DNA of 64,000 bases from Puccinia triticina (taxonomy: Eukaryota): positions 4,712,001 to 4,776,000 of the forward strand of contig CP110439.1 of the NCBI GenBank assembly GCA_026914245.1, given 5' to 3'. Below, in pieces: positions 26,359 through 39,287 of this stretch; positions within the stretch are counted from its first letter, which is position 1; each line of letters begins with the position of its first letter. The notes beneath the pieces are model-generated. The model was not told the origin of the DNA. It did not search any database and was given only the letters and a program-made list of their open reading frames with translations. A program made the translations under genes and the position numbers.

Positions 26359-27085
26359 TTAGCAATAGTGTGCCATTGTAGAATGACGTACAAGGGGTGC
26401 GCGGAGGGCTTACTAGGAAAATGACTGCCAACCATATAACTTTTTTGTTACACACCCAAACAGTTCAAGAATTTCAGGAAATCTTTAATTTAGCATATCA
26501 TTTGTGATATGAGATTCATAGCAACTTGATGTGATAAAAATAGGAGATATGGGGTGTGCGCAGCGGGCTTTATCCGCGCACACCTTATATATCCTATTTT
26601 TATTACACCCCATGGCTAAGAATTTCATAGCAAGCCTGATATGCTACATTGAAAGTTTCCTGAAATTTTTAGACTGTTTGGGTATGTAACAAAAAAGATA
26701 TACGGTTGGAGGTCATTTTCCTACTAAGCCCTCCGCGCACCCCTTATACGTCATTCTACAATGGCACACTATTGCTAATAATTTGATAGCACAAAATATA
26801 TGCATCATGGAAATTTTTGGACTGTTTGGGTGTGTAACAAAAAAGTTATATGGTTGGTGGTCATTTTCCTAGTAAGCCCTCCGTGCACCCCTTATACATC
26901 ATTCTACAATGGCACACTATTGCTAATAATTTGATAGTACAAAATATGTGTATCATGGAAAGTTTCCTGAAATTTTTGGACTGTTTGGGTGTGTAACAAA
27001 AAAGTTATGTGGTTGGCGGTCATTTTCCTACTAAGCCCTACGCGCACCCTTTATATCTCATGTTCTGATGACAAACTATTGCTAA
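26359..27085. repeat. Foldback plus tandem array of a 150-160-bp unit
   Basis: 26359-26565 is the reverse complement of about 26575-26778; the unit is repeated twice more to about 27085. Confidence 0.8.
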
Positions 27086-30000
27086 GAAATTCAGGGGGTA
27101 CAATTTATGCGTAAATATCTTTGCTCTCAAATTTTTATGTCTCTAGTACGTGGAACAAAAAAGTTATACATATTAAAAATAATAAAAAATAATACGAAAA
27201 ATTAGCACGACGACTCCCAAAAAAATTTTTTTTGGGTCGACGAATCCCAAAAAGCCCGTACCCAAAAAAAGGGTCTAGGTCGACGTCGAGCGCTGGTCGA
27301 AAAATGGTCGCGCCGACGTATGGGAGTCGTTTTCCCAAAAGTTGGGAGTTGTTTTTCCAAGACCCTATTTATATGCTGTATATACTCCGTGCTATAAAAA
27401 TTATGGATATATTATGTAATCAGAACATTACATCTGAGGGCTGCACGTTAGTCATCATGCTTTACCAACTTCAAACCTCATTTAGACCCGGTTCTGCTGA
27501 GCTTTATGTCCATTTTATTGGCTCAAAAGAGCCGCTCAAATCTCTACTTTTTAATGGCGCAATTTGTACATTTTTCTGCTGACTTTTGCATTTTTTACAG
27601 CACTTTCCATCCAGCCTTCTGCTCCAATGGTGGTGCGCGCACCCCCCGGTTACATAACCCTAGCCACTTGGTACATTGGGGGTGAAATATTACATGATGT
27701 TTACATGTTACATGCTGGGCTACATGTTGAATGTTGCGTGTTTAAATGGGTTTTTTGGTGTGTGTACTTGTTGCTTACAGGTTACAAGGTGTTTGTGCAT
27801 GTCATGGGTGGTGTGTACATGTTACATCCCACTTTCTTAAATCCACAGAAATCTAGACTCCTGGATCTAAGTTTTGGGGTGTTTTTTTTTACAAAGCTAC
27901 AATAAAAAATAGCACACAACAATTAAACACAGGCACAAGTTGAAAATCCCCAAAGGCCCAAAGGCCCTATGGATGACCCTCCAGCTGTGCCGCAGCAACA
28001 AGAAAAAGTGGGCCGGTTGTTAGAGTAGTCCAGGAAGGCCCTAATCAAGTGATTAGTGGGCTCCCAGGGAGAGGGTAGGACAAAACCGGAGCACCTGGGG
28101 GACAACCTCATGGAACTGCACTCCTTAAATAAGCTTTCCGGAGGATCCCCCACAAGCACTCGCCACCAGCCACATCCGGGCTCGTCTCCCATTCCCAGCT
28201 GTTACTGACCCGTTCCCACTCCCTTGGGCGGTATCGCTTGCCACTGTAACCGTTGCCACATTTTCCATTGCATTTACAAAACTGCCACCGCCACCGTTGT
28301 ACATACAGCCCCTGTTGGCCTTGTTACAGTTGTCTTTGCCATGGCAGCCCTTGGGCCCTCCTGCAAAACAACCTGATATATACCCCTGTTGTCATCTACA
28401 CACTTATCAGCTTACCAATGCACAACATCAAGCTCTTCATCCCAATGCTGGGCCATCGCCAAGACCATCACTTGCATAACCTGCGCACCTTAGCCTGTGC
28501 GAAGGTCCATCAACGCGCTCCTGGATTGCCAGGACATCGAAGGAACCACTCTGTTGCATGGCCACCAAGGTGGCAAAAGTACCGGGAAGCTCGATTATTT
28601 TGTTTGTGAGTACATACTTGTCCATCAACAAGGAGGGCAACAAACAAGCTGACTACATCAGTGATTCTTCAAGTGTAATGTCATACATCCTGGTATCTGG
28701 TCTGCAGCTCATGACTCGCCCAGGACAAGAACCTCTGCGCAATGCACACAAATCCAACAATTATCTTCATGTATGTATGTATCTGATTTGGACGTGGTCA
28801 CCAGATTTATAAGCTACCCATGCCCGGCTGGTCAAGAACCCACAAGGCCGACTGATTCGAGGCTCCAATCCAGTCAAATATATTGGATGTCCGAGTGCAG
28901 CTTGCCAACCATGTGACCTGGCTCAGTTCACCAGTCTTACCGAGCAGCTTAGCTCCTCTGTCCAACCTGACCACCCACCCACGAACCGAGCGCCCGACAC
29001 CATCCCCCTAGAATGCACTGGCTTTCCCCAACCCTCCTTCTTCTTCGGACCCTCCGCGCTTAAGTAACCAACAACCAAGGATGATGTGTTTCAGTTTCAG
29101 AGAGACGCTCGCGACCAAACGCACGCAGATTGACCAAGAGCGCCAAGTGTGGCTAGCCTTCAAGGAAGTATATGCAACAATGGTGGCGTGCAATATCCTT
29201 GATGAGCAGTAAAAACAGGTGAGCAATTCTGGACCGTGTGAGAATTCAACGAACTAAGAGTGATTTCATTAGGACTTTGAGCTAAATGACTAGAGATAAT
29301 AATTGCTCTTACCTAAGAGCAAGGGTTATGACGCTATGGAGTTTTTGTAGAACAAGTGAATCAGGCGTGATTAGAAAAAGTAAAAGGGAAAGGTGGTTGA
29401 AGCGCAAGAGATGAGAACTGGTAACTGGGATTATGTGATTAAGAGACGCAACGAGGCAGTGAGAGATTTTGGTGTAGTTCAGAAAAACAAAGTTGAAACG
29501 GGATTATCAGTAGATGTAGTTTGTGTGTAGGTTGCAACTATGTACTTGTAGATGATTTGATGTGGACAATGGAAAAAGAAGATGTGAAGGCTGTTTATTA
29601 TCAATCTGTTTGCAAGAGGCAAGGAGTGGATGGACCATGAGATTTAGCCGACAAAAGCTTGTCTTTTATAGACTGTGTTCTCTGTGCTTACAGGTAACAA
29701 GAGCTCGCTTGAACAAGACACCCTTCTCACTGACGAATTCAGGGTTCGGGTTGAATTTGCGCCTCACCTGACCAGGAGTCAGGGTTATGGGCTGAAACAT
29801 TGCTGGAGACTGCGGTATATAATCAAAAAGGTCATGTATTGTTAGATTTGGAGCGAGGCTGGTTAAAGCACAGCTGAGACTCGCTCGAAGAAGAAACGTA
29901 CAGCTTATGTGGCGCTCCGTGTCTATGCGGGGCTCCGTGTCTGAGGTCAAAACCTGACAGACCGTTCATGGTACATCATATGTATACGCAGCAGCAGGAG

Positions 30001-31320
30001 CGGCAGTACTCTCATCAGTGTCCATTGCAGGCTTCTGCTTTGTGCTGTCACACTCCGACCGTTCCCATCAAGCCCTTCTTGGCCCGGGAGGAGGAAACAT
30101 TCATGCTTGCCCCGGCTAAGCAGAAGAGAGTCAAGCCGATTGGCCCCGACGAATGGAAGATCAGCGCAGGCAATCCGGCAAAGCAGAAGCCGAGCACGAA
30201 GCACCAATCGAGACCCGTCAAAGTCGCTAGAGCGCGTCTAGCCCGTGTGGACGAAGGGCGTGCGCTCGCCCTCTCCACGGAAGACGCGCCAGAAGAATGG
30301 CCAGCACTCGCCGCACAGGGACGGCCTGTCTTTGCACCGGGTCACACCGCGACTGCACAAGCATCTCCGCCGCGAAGCAGGCGCACTGACGACCCCGCAG
30401 AGCGCTTCCCGTGATCACGGATCAGCGCGGACGGGCCTCCCCGCGCCCAAATGGATGCGGTACTCCGGAAGCAAGGCACACCACTCCAAGCAGGTCTTCA
30501 ACATCCTTCCTACAGCTAAGAACTCCTCCCTTGCCCCCCCCCCCCCCCCCGCCTAAGAAGCTGGACTCCCAAGACTCAACCGTCCTGGAAGTCTTCAATG
30601 ACTCCTCCAAACAAATCCCTCCGAGGCCGCGAGAGGACTTGTTGTTGGAAGAGAAGGACCCCTTGACAACAAAAAACAAACCTCTGGGCTTGTGGAAGAA
30701 ATGTCTTCAAAGAGTTCCCGTGACAGCAGTTCATGCGCAAGGTGCATTCAAAGCAGCAGATCTTCCCGTGCCTGCTCCTCAACGGGCGCCCTTAGCTCGG
30801 GCCGTGGTGCCCTGCTGGCCCAGTTGAAGATGGATCAGCCTAAACGGGTTTGCACACGTTTTTGACAAGGTTGCACGGGAAGGTGGTGCGCAAGCAGATT
30901 ATGGGTGTGACTGCAAGTGCTGTGCCAAAGTGATTCTTCTCCCCAATGTGATACCCAACCTGGAGGTAATCACTGAATCTTGTTTTTTTTTTTTTAGTAT
31001 CATGAGCAGGCAGTGAAGGCCCTTAATTGGGATGGTGCCTTGTGCAACCCTGTCTCCCGCCACCAGCAGCAGATCTCACTTCAACCTGCCGGGGTACCTG
31101 GTGGGTTCTTAGAATTGTAATATTGGCTAGAGAGAAGCTGGTGTTATTGTTTCTTCTTGATCTCCTCTTGTCTTGAGGTGTGTGAAGGCAGTTGGGCTTC
31201 CCTGGTACCCAACGGGCTGAGGAGCTCAACCCCAAGAAAAAAAAATGAAGCTAAGGTAGGGTCACCAACAACTATCCAACCCCGTATAATTTTCAAGTGC
31301 TCAAGCAGGGAATACTCTGT

Positions 31321-33163
31321 TGAAGAAATGTGAGCTCTGACTCGGAGAGAGGAGAGAACAGTGGCCTGAGGAAAAAAGCTCAAGGCCAGGTTTTGAGAAA
31401 AAAGGAAGCCCAAAAAGAGGGCTAGTCTGCTAATTTGTGGGAGGAAAAAGGCTCCGCACTACAAGAGACTCTTTGGTCTCAGGGAAAAGGCGCAGAGAAC
31501 TTATGATTCTTTATTCTATCTATGCTAGTGATATATAACCTATTACAACTCGGGGCCAGGTTGTGGGACAGAAGATGAAATGCATATGCATCTGCAGGGA
31601 AAGGAAAGAGTGTGACAGATGGAGGAGCGGAGAAGGAAGAGAACAAGCTGTGAAATTCCAACACCCCCCCCCAGCTGATGAACCACAGAACTGAAGCCTA
31701 GAGACCTTTACCAATGTTGAGCTTTTTGAATTCTGGGTTGTTGATCATTGCTTGAAAGTTCATTTCCGACTCGATCTGATTGTCAGTGAAACTGTGATGA
31801 TTGACTGATGAGAAGTTGGAATGGACTGCGGCGAGATGAGCTTGAGCAGCGGGTTTTGACTTGGAAGCGGATGGCTTGGAGGATGAAGAATCGGTCGTGC
31901 CGGAAGGTCGTCAGTCGGGGTGTTTCTCGTAGCAGAGGGATTCTCGATGGCCGGCCTTGTCGCAGTGGGAACAGATAGTGAAGCCCCTCTTGCAGTGGTG
32001 AAACATGTAGTACTTCTCATCGGTGGTGAGGAACGTGGCTTGAGTGATTGTTGACGATCGATGGAGTCGATTTTGAGCAACGTGTTTCTCGAGTCGACCC
32101 AGGAGAAGGGGTACTGTGTCGTTGGGAAACCCGACGTTGACTAAATCCCGAAACAATTTGTATTTGGCCGATGGAAGCTTGCAAAGGATCAGCGCCGTTT
32201 TGCTTTGCTCGTCAAGACCGACTTTGGCAGAGACAAGTCGATGGTTGGCAGCTCAAATCTCAGCTATGAAGGTGGCCGGGGGGGATTGATATTCTATATC
32301 GAGAAAGGTGTTGAGAGCAAGATCCCTGGCAACATGATCGTCGCCGCTGTACTTTTGCTTGAGGACCGTCCATACAGCGTATCCGTTGAATGACGTCTGA
32401 TCTGTGAGCATCTGAGCAACATAGGTCAAGTTTGCGTTGTCCAGATGTTCGATGATCTCGTGATACGCAAGACGATTGAGCTCATGATACGTATTCTTCT
32501 CATCCGGCTTATCGGTCGCGGAGGGTGGCTTGACGGTACCTTGAACGAGACCTAGAGCACCGATCCAATCAAGTTTTGAGGTCATGAGAAATGACCACGA
32601 CTCGTAGTTGTGTTCATCGAGGTATAGCGGAACCCTTCTTGCTGCCATCTTTGAACCGGAGAATGAGAGTTGGGCTTGAGATGCTGAAGATTGTGCGAGT
32701 GAGGGGTTCGGCCGGGGATTCAGATGAGGAGACAAGGTTCTGGTTTTGAGAAAAAAACGGAGTCCGGATGAAGTCAAGAGACCGGAGGGTTTTGAGAGCG
32801 CAGCGCAAGACTGTTAATCGTGAAGAAATGTGAGCTCTGACTCGGAGAGAGGAGAGAACAGTGGCCTGAGGAAAAAATCTCAAGGCCAGGTTTTGAGAAA
32901 AAAGGAATCCCAAAAAGAGGGCTAGTCTGCTAATTTGTGGGAGGAAAAAGGCTCCGCACTACAAGAGACTCTTTGGTCTCAGGGAAAAGGCGCAGAGAAC
33001 TTATGATTCTTTATTCTATCTATGCTAGTGATATATAACCTATTACAACTTGGGGCCAGGTTGTGGGACAGAAGATGAAATGCATATGCATCTGCAGGGA
33101 AAGGAAAGAGTGTGACAGATGGAGGAGCGGAGAAGGAAGAGAACAAGCTGTGAAATTCCAACA
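31321..33163 (-). mobile_element. Gag-only Ty1/copia-type LTR retroelement
   Basis: 343-bp LTRs at 31321-31663 and 32821-33163 (3 differences seen); TSD TCTGT at 31316-31320 and 33164-33168; poly-G PPT next to 31663; no pol. Confidence 0.93.
31698..32648 (-). pseudogene. gag: Copia-type Gag with CCHC knuckle and two premature stops
   Basis: MAARRVPLYLDEHNYESWSFLM... and CSHCDKAGHRESLC in one frame; TGA at 32253-32255 and 31911-31913; terminal TAG at 31698. Confidence 0.85.
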
Positions 33164-33619
33164 TCTGTGTCCTACAAAGACATCTTCAACCTTACACTCT
33201 GTTTTAATCTGGCCATTGATGATCTTCCTCTTCAAAAATCTGATGAGTTATAATTTCTACATAAGTTGTGTCCAAACTGGGAAGTTATGAAAAATTTTAG
33301 AATTAAGAGACTCAGTCACTCAAAATTTCTTACATTTGTAAGGGTGTCTAAAAATTGAAGTTGTGGGATACTTTACAATAGTGATAAAAATACTGTAGAT
33401 TTCCACTTACAATGAAATCATTCTCTTTGTTTTTGAATTAGGCAGAAATGTTGATTGAAGCATGACTAATTTTAGTGTCTTGCTCCCTAAAAAAACTCTA
33501 TCATGCTTGTGGGTATTCATTAATTCCATGGGGTGGTGTGTTCTTGGGGGAGCTATGCTTGCCAGGTTGGGACTGGAAGCTATTGACATGAACATGGATG
33601 AGAAAGTAACATGACACTG

Positions 33620-33652
33620 GATTTGCAGCGGCGAAGCCGCCTTGGCCTCTAG
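33620..33652 (+). mobile_element. Helitron 3' terminus
   Basis: GCGGCGAAGCCGC hairpin then CTTGGCCTCTAG|T, near-identical to 26326-26358. Confidence 0.7.
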
Positions 33653-33654
33653 TG

Positions 33655-34100
33655 TTATACATGTGTTACAATGTTTGCAAACTTCTTGTATGGGGGTTAC
33701 ATGGTGCGGGACATTCATGCAGAGTACTTGGGGGTTACATGTTGCGGGAACATCCTACATGGGGGTTGTGTGTTGCAGAAACATCCTACATGGGGGTTGC
33801 TTGTTGCAGAAAGATGTTTCATGGGGATTGTGTGATGGGGAACATGTTACATGTTGCACAAGCTTGATACATGGGTTACTTGTTGTAAATTTTACATGGG
33901 GTGTAACAATGTTATATGGGGGTTAAATGCCACACAACAATGTCATACGGGGTTTACATGCCATGTAAAAATGCTATATGGGGGTTACATGCCGTGTAGC
34001 AATGTTACATGGGGTTTACATGCCACGTAACAATGTTATACGGGGTTTACATGCTGTGTAATAATTTTATACGGGGTGATATGCCGCGTAACAATTTCAT
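33655..34100 (+). repeat. About 29-bp degenerate minisatellite (TACATGGGGGTTACATG core)
   Basis: Direct reading of repeated units. Confidence 0.7.
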
Positions 34101-34348
34101 ATGGGGGTAACTACCGGTGCACGCGGACCACTCCCAAAAATGTGTTCTGCCAAAGGCCAATTAGGCAGCCGACTCCCTTTTCTATTGTCAAAAAATACTA
34201 ATAAAAAATTGTGCGGACGACTCCCAACAAAAAATATAATTGGGAAAACAACTCCCAAACCTGGTCCCGGCGACGTATGGGAGTCATTTTTCAAGTCCCT
34301 TTATCTATACATTATAATTACTAGGTCATGTAAAAAAGCTAATCTTAT

Positions 34349-34553
34349 TAGGGGGGTTCACAATAGGATAAAAATAAAACCTTAGAGCTAATTTTAAGGC
34401 CTTTATGAACAACTTTTCAAAAAATAAAGACGTTGCTCTGATTCTCAGGGGATACCCAGTCCTGTACACCTTGCCAGATTTTTAAAAATTTGTTGATAAA
34501 GACCTTAAAATTGACTGTAAAATTTTACTTTTATCCTATTGTGAACCCCCCTA
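34349..34553. mobile_element. MITE
   Basis: Long TIR GGGGGGTTCACAATAGGATAAAA and its reverse complement. Confidence 0.85.
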
Positions 34554-34855
34554 TTAGCTTTTTATTATTCAAGTGTATTACTTTTATTGAGTTCTTTGTC
34601 AAATAACTGTTTCAATAAAGTCTAACTTCTGCCATTTTTACAGTATTGTCTGTGCAAGAGAATTATGTACAATTTTACATGATGAAAGATGTAACTATTG
34701 TTTAGCAATGAGTGGAGAATTTAGCTGGTAAGTTTTTACTGTTGAGTTTTGAGAATTACTGCTTGTTTGTGTTTCAACTCGTCTCTTGAGTTTTAGTGAA
34801 AGTGAGTCGGAGGAGTTTTGGACAGGTTTTCGGCAAGGAATGGGTTCCATCAGAG

Positions 34856-37658
34856 CTAGAAAACCATTCCGCCTGCTTGGCATGCCTTGGGAGCCGTTGT
34901 GTGTTTTAGCTTCTTGTGAAAAACTGCGTAGAGTCCAAGTTCCATTGTGTTAGCAGGAAATGGAAGTAAGGTATCTGGCTCGAGTGCTCTTGCCATGAGC
35001 GCTGGTATCGCAGACTGGTAAATTAATCAAACAGCGCGCGTTTTTGTCCATGTACAAATTGGTTCTATGGAAGGCCATCAATCCAATCACAACCCAATCA
35101 GTGTCTTTCTTGGGTACCCATCTTTAGGTTTCTAGCATGTTAACTCACCCGTCTGCATATGGATCATAATCAAGCCCTTTGCCTAGCTTGGCGCATTCTA
35201 CTGCCTGCTTGGTGATAAACTCCGCTGTTATCTGGTACTTTACAACCAACAGTTTAGCATTGTAAAATTTATTTCCAGCATTGCCATGGTTGTTATAGAT
35301 TACGTTCATCATTCTGTCGCCACAAAGCCCAATCAGTCAGCGCAAAATTATACAATGAGTTCTTCCACCAAAAAAAACAAACAGAAAAAGATCTATACTC
35401 ACGTGCCGTCTGGCTTGTCGCAATAACTCAACCAGCCATCGTCGAGGGAAAAAGCTCCATTGGGTCCCTTTTGTCTACAGGGGTCCGACTACAAAACAAC
35501 TCACAAAATTAATTTCGGAGGCCTTCCCACACCTACGCAATACTGATATGTGCACTTACATTAATTGTCACAAATCCCTTCTACAATTCAAAATGGTTAG
35601 TATTAGAGACATGGAAATATCTACAGGTAGTACTTCATTCCAGTGACTCACCTTTGCCCGAAGTATCTGACCAGCCATTCGGATGGTAAGAATCCGAGAC
35701 AATTTTTGTTCCACGTCATTTGTATCCAGTTTTTGATTGTTACAACAGTAATTGCCACCAGCCAAGGCTTCAAGCAGACCTTTGGGGCTACTTACATGAG
35801 ATTTGATGAATTCCTTCATTCTCTCACCAATCTTTGTTTGGGCATTTTGTTGCCAGTGTGAAATTTGATCTTTGTAATGAGCCCACTACAAGTCAAAGTA
35901 CGAAATTCAGCTGGGTTTTGTGAGTTGAATCTTCCCGCGCTTACCTTGGTGAACGTGTCTTGTTTCCCGGCTTGAAGCTCTTGGGCTTGTGCTTTCATGA
36001 TCATCATGACTTGTGCGATTGCCACTATTGCCTCACCGGCAGCCGCTATTGCAAAAGGAACCGCACCAATTTGTGGTCAAGTGGGTACTTACTACACCGG
36101 CTATGAGGGCCACGACAGACATGATCAGGGTGAGTATCATTGCTATTTCTTGGAACAGTTGAAATTTCCTTTTGGCATCTTGTTGGATGAAATGTCAGTT
36201 ACATGTTACATGAAAAGCCGCGCACTCAAATCAATTCTAGAACCTTCTCACTTAGTTACTGTCTGAGCGATCAAGTTCAACTATCAAGACCAAGTCCGCG
36301 AAAAACCTTCAACATCGAACTTCAAGACGCAACTCATCTCGGTCATCGACATCAGGTAAAATCATTGACATCAATCATCTGAAGATCAATAACTCATTAC
36401 ATTCGTTGAACTTCAACTCAGTGATCACCGGGTGTTTCCAAGTCAAGTCAACAGAGCCGCATTGGTTAGGGGGAGGAGGATAGGTACTTGAATCTCAAAT
36501 GTTATGTTTTCCGGAATTCTTTTGATTAAAACATTATTCTTTATTTCCAGTTTCACTATCTCTCAATCGTCAAATTTTTCTCAAAAAGTCTGTCTTTAGA
36601 ACAACAATCTAACAACCTAGGTAAAACTATAACTTCCTCGTATCTCATGATTATTATTCTTTATTAACATGTTTTCATTTGTGAAGTATTTTACTACTAC
36701 TGGTTTTTTAAGAGTTTGCAATTATACAAGATCTCTCTGAACTACACATCTTGTTTGTACCTGGAAGAATTGAATAGTTTGATGAATGATCAGGTGGTAA
36801 GATATTATCTGTCTTGTGAGATCACTCACAAGTCATTTACAAGCTCGGCTCCAATGGCTGAATCGAACGGGTTCCTTCATAAGCCACAAATAAAAAAACA
36901 AAATCACTCGGCTGGTCTGGGAATAACTTACCTTTTGTTTGACCGGCCGCGAAGGCGATGGCAGTGTAGAGGGAATTATGATACATGGTATATTGCTCTG
37001 CAGCCGCTAGCACCCACCACGCCCTACCGTTGATAGGGGAACAGAGCTGTTTGAGAACTCAAAAGGAGCGTGAATTTAATACCTAGAATAACGTGAGAAT
37101 TCACAGTCGAAAAGGAGATTACCTGACCGGCTGAGCAAAACAGATTCAAGCCGCATTCAAAGTTGAGGGCTTTATTTTGAGCGGCAAACACCTGGGGGAA
37201 GAAAACTCGGATTAATTTCGAGCAGAGGATAGATAGGATTCTGTGAACTAACTGTTAGGTTTACTTCCAGTCCACCCGGGTAATTTCTAAGGTAGTCATC
37301 AATTCTGAGTTCTTTCCAGGTTTCAGGACTCAGTGGTTTCCGGTCGCATTCGTAAGGTAGGAGTGGACTGTTGTTAACTGGTAGTGGTGGTGGTGGTGGT
37401 TGCGGCCCTCCCGCTGAGATTTTTTAAATCAAACTTTGCTGTGATTCGGAAACTCGAGAAGGTTGACTCACGAGGATCGGCTGGGCGGCGCGCGTACAAG
37501 AAGTGTGGAAGACCCGGCGTTCTCCGGCCTGAGTAGACTTGAAGAGCCTGCGCGTTAACGTTTGGTTTGAGTGAGATCAATAGGGTTTGTACAATAGCCT
37601 GCATCAGCAAGAGTTTGAAGAAAGAAGTTGCGGGATGAAGAGAAAGTATTGGTTGCAT
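34856..37658 (-). CDS. Multi-exon putative secreted Cys-containing protein (rust-type family); exon model partial
   Basis: Hydrophobic N-terminus; intron 37414-37471 joins in frame to ECDRKPLSPETWKELRIDDYLRNYPGG. Later exons read NFECGLNLFCSAGQ, LCSPINGRAWWVL, SDPCRQKGPNGAFSLDDGWLSYCD, MMNVIY..AVECA, ARCLINLPVCD and KACQAGGMVF*, mostly bounded by GTRAGT/YAG. Region 36130-36800 is unresolved. Confidence 0.75.
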
Positions 37659-38735
37659 TAGTGGATGCGTAGTAGAAATGTTGGGTTCAAGAATCGTGCA
37701 TGAGACTGAGAATGAGGGCAGGATGGGACTGGGAAGCTCGCCTAGTTGGTCACTACTTCTGGTGAAGCGTCGCTGGCCATCCTGACCCTTGAGACACGGA
37801 AGCTCAGGGATCTCAAGCCTCTCCCCACTCTCTGACTACGCCCGGTGCACCGGTGGCCAACACTACAAGACCAAGCCACTCCAGAAATGCGGCCAACACT
37901 ACAAGACCAAGCCACTCCAGAAATGCCCCCCCCCCCCCCCCCCCCCCCCCCAAGATGAACAGCGCAAGACTGGGTCTAGCGCCTTGCCCTTACACCCCTG
38001 GGTGTGTGCCTGCTCCCGGAGGGCCCGCTCCGTGATCCTTCCTCCCTTGCGAGCACTGCCCGGCCGGAGGAACCTTCCCGGGATCCCTAGCCGTGGCACA
38101 CCGCCGAGGGGAGACAAGGAAAGTGGATCGGGGAACACACCTCCCCCAACCCGCACTCGAGAGTCTTGGAAAGCCGCTCCTCGGCTTCCGGGGCTCCCCA
38201 GGCGCCCGCCGGCGCCGAACTTGTGATCAGTTTCTAGTGAAAATCCCATAGCGCAAACTAAGTGCGGAGAGAGCTACAGGATGACCGTTTGTTGTCACGG
38301 TGATTAGACCGGGCTGATTGGCTGTAAGAAAGGCGAAGAAAGGCCCTACCTCCCCAATACATAAGATTGTGTTACAGTTACCCAGTACATACATACACAG
38401 CCGGTACGCATCCGCCGGTGTCCGGGTGTCACGGGCACGGCTACAATAGTCCCGCTGTGTACATACCGTGACAATAATATTTATACCAATGAATTATCTT
38501 CTTTTTGCAGGGTGCACTGGCAGTCCTGGACAGTCCTCAAGCCCATCACAATAGCCATCATCCTTGTGCTACATATCCGTATCCACTTCCATCTTCACTC
38601 ACGCTCGACACATCAATCTGAATCAAAGCAAATTTCTCGCAGCCTTGCTATTCCTTTTCACCGAAACATACCTTGGTCAACTTTATTCTTTCCAAACTTC
38701 CGTCCTTCTTGTTGAACTCCAGGACATATCTCGAT

Positions 38736-39287
38736 ATGCACTTTTTCAAGTCAATAATATTAATTGGTTCCACAGCGGTTTTCGGGCTTCCGAGCGCACC
38801 CGGCAATAAGGACTTGAATTGTGCGTATGTCGTACAGGGCGATGACAAGTATCCCAGTGGGTATTGCGGAACGAGCTGGTCCAGTAAAGATAGAAAGAAT
38901 GTATATTGGACATGTGAGCATTCCTTTCTCCGACCTACTTTCAGTATGTCCTCCTACACCACAGCAGTTAACATGACCAATTGTGGTTTGCCTTTTTTCG
39001 GCCCACGGAATGCTTTCAAAAGTCTCAAAACCTGAAGTAACTAGTGACTCGCCCTCTGAACACTGCTCCGACACAGATACACGCTGGTGTTGTAAGATCG
39101 ATGCAAGTCTTAAAGTCCATGTGAGTACTAACCTCAGCGCATCAATTCCAACCTCAGAGAACTAATTATAATTATGGCATAAGTATTGATGATTATTTGA
39201 AATCCTTGATTGGCCCTTAAGCCTAACGACATTCACTTTATCGATGACTCAGAGGTCAATCAGAAATGCAAGCACCCACCAAGCTGA
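38736..39287 (+). CDS. Small secreted cysteine-rich protein (candidate effector), three exons
   Basis: Signal-like MHFFKSIILIGSTAVFG; donors GTGAGC at 38914 and GTGAGT at 39121; exon 2 ..EHCSDTDTRWCCKID..; exon 3 39222-39287 PNDIHF..QKCKHPPS*; six Cys. The first acceptor is unclear. Confidence 0.7.

Noticed and set aside
27900..31300. Possible decayed CxC/KDZ-type transposase fragments
   Set aside because: Only scattered Cys motifs are visible; no frame could be reconstructed by eye.
35997..36266. Plus-strand ORF resembling a small secreted protein
   Set aside because: It lies antisense within the better supported minus-strand multi-exon gene.
37861..38239. CACTA element (CACTACAAG...CTAGTG)
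   Set aside because: Only five terminal bases match and the TSD is not convincing.
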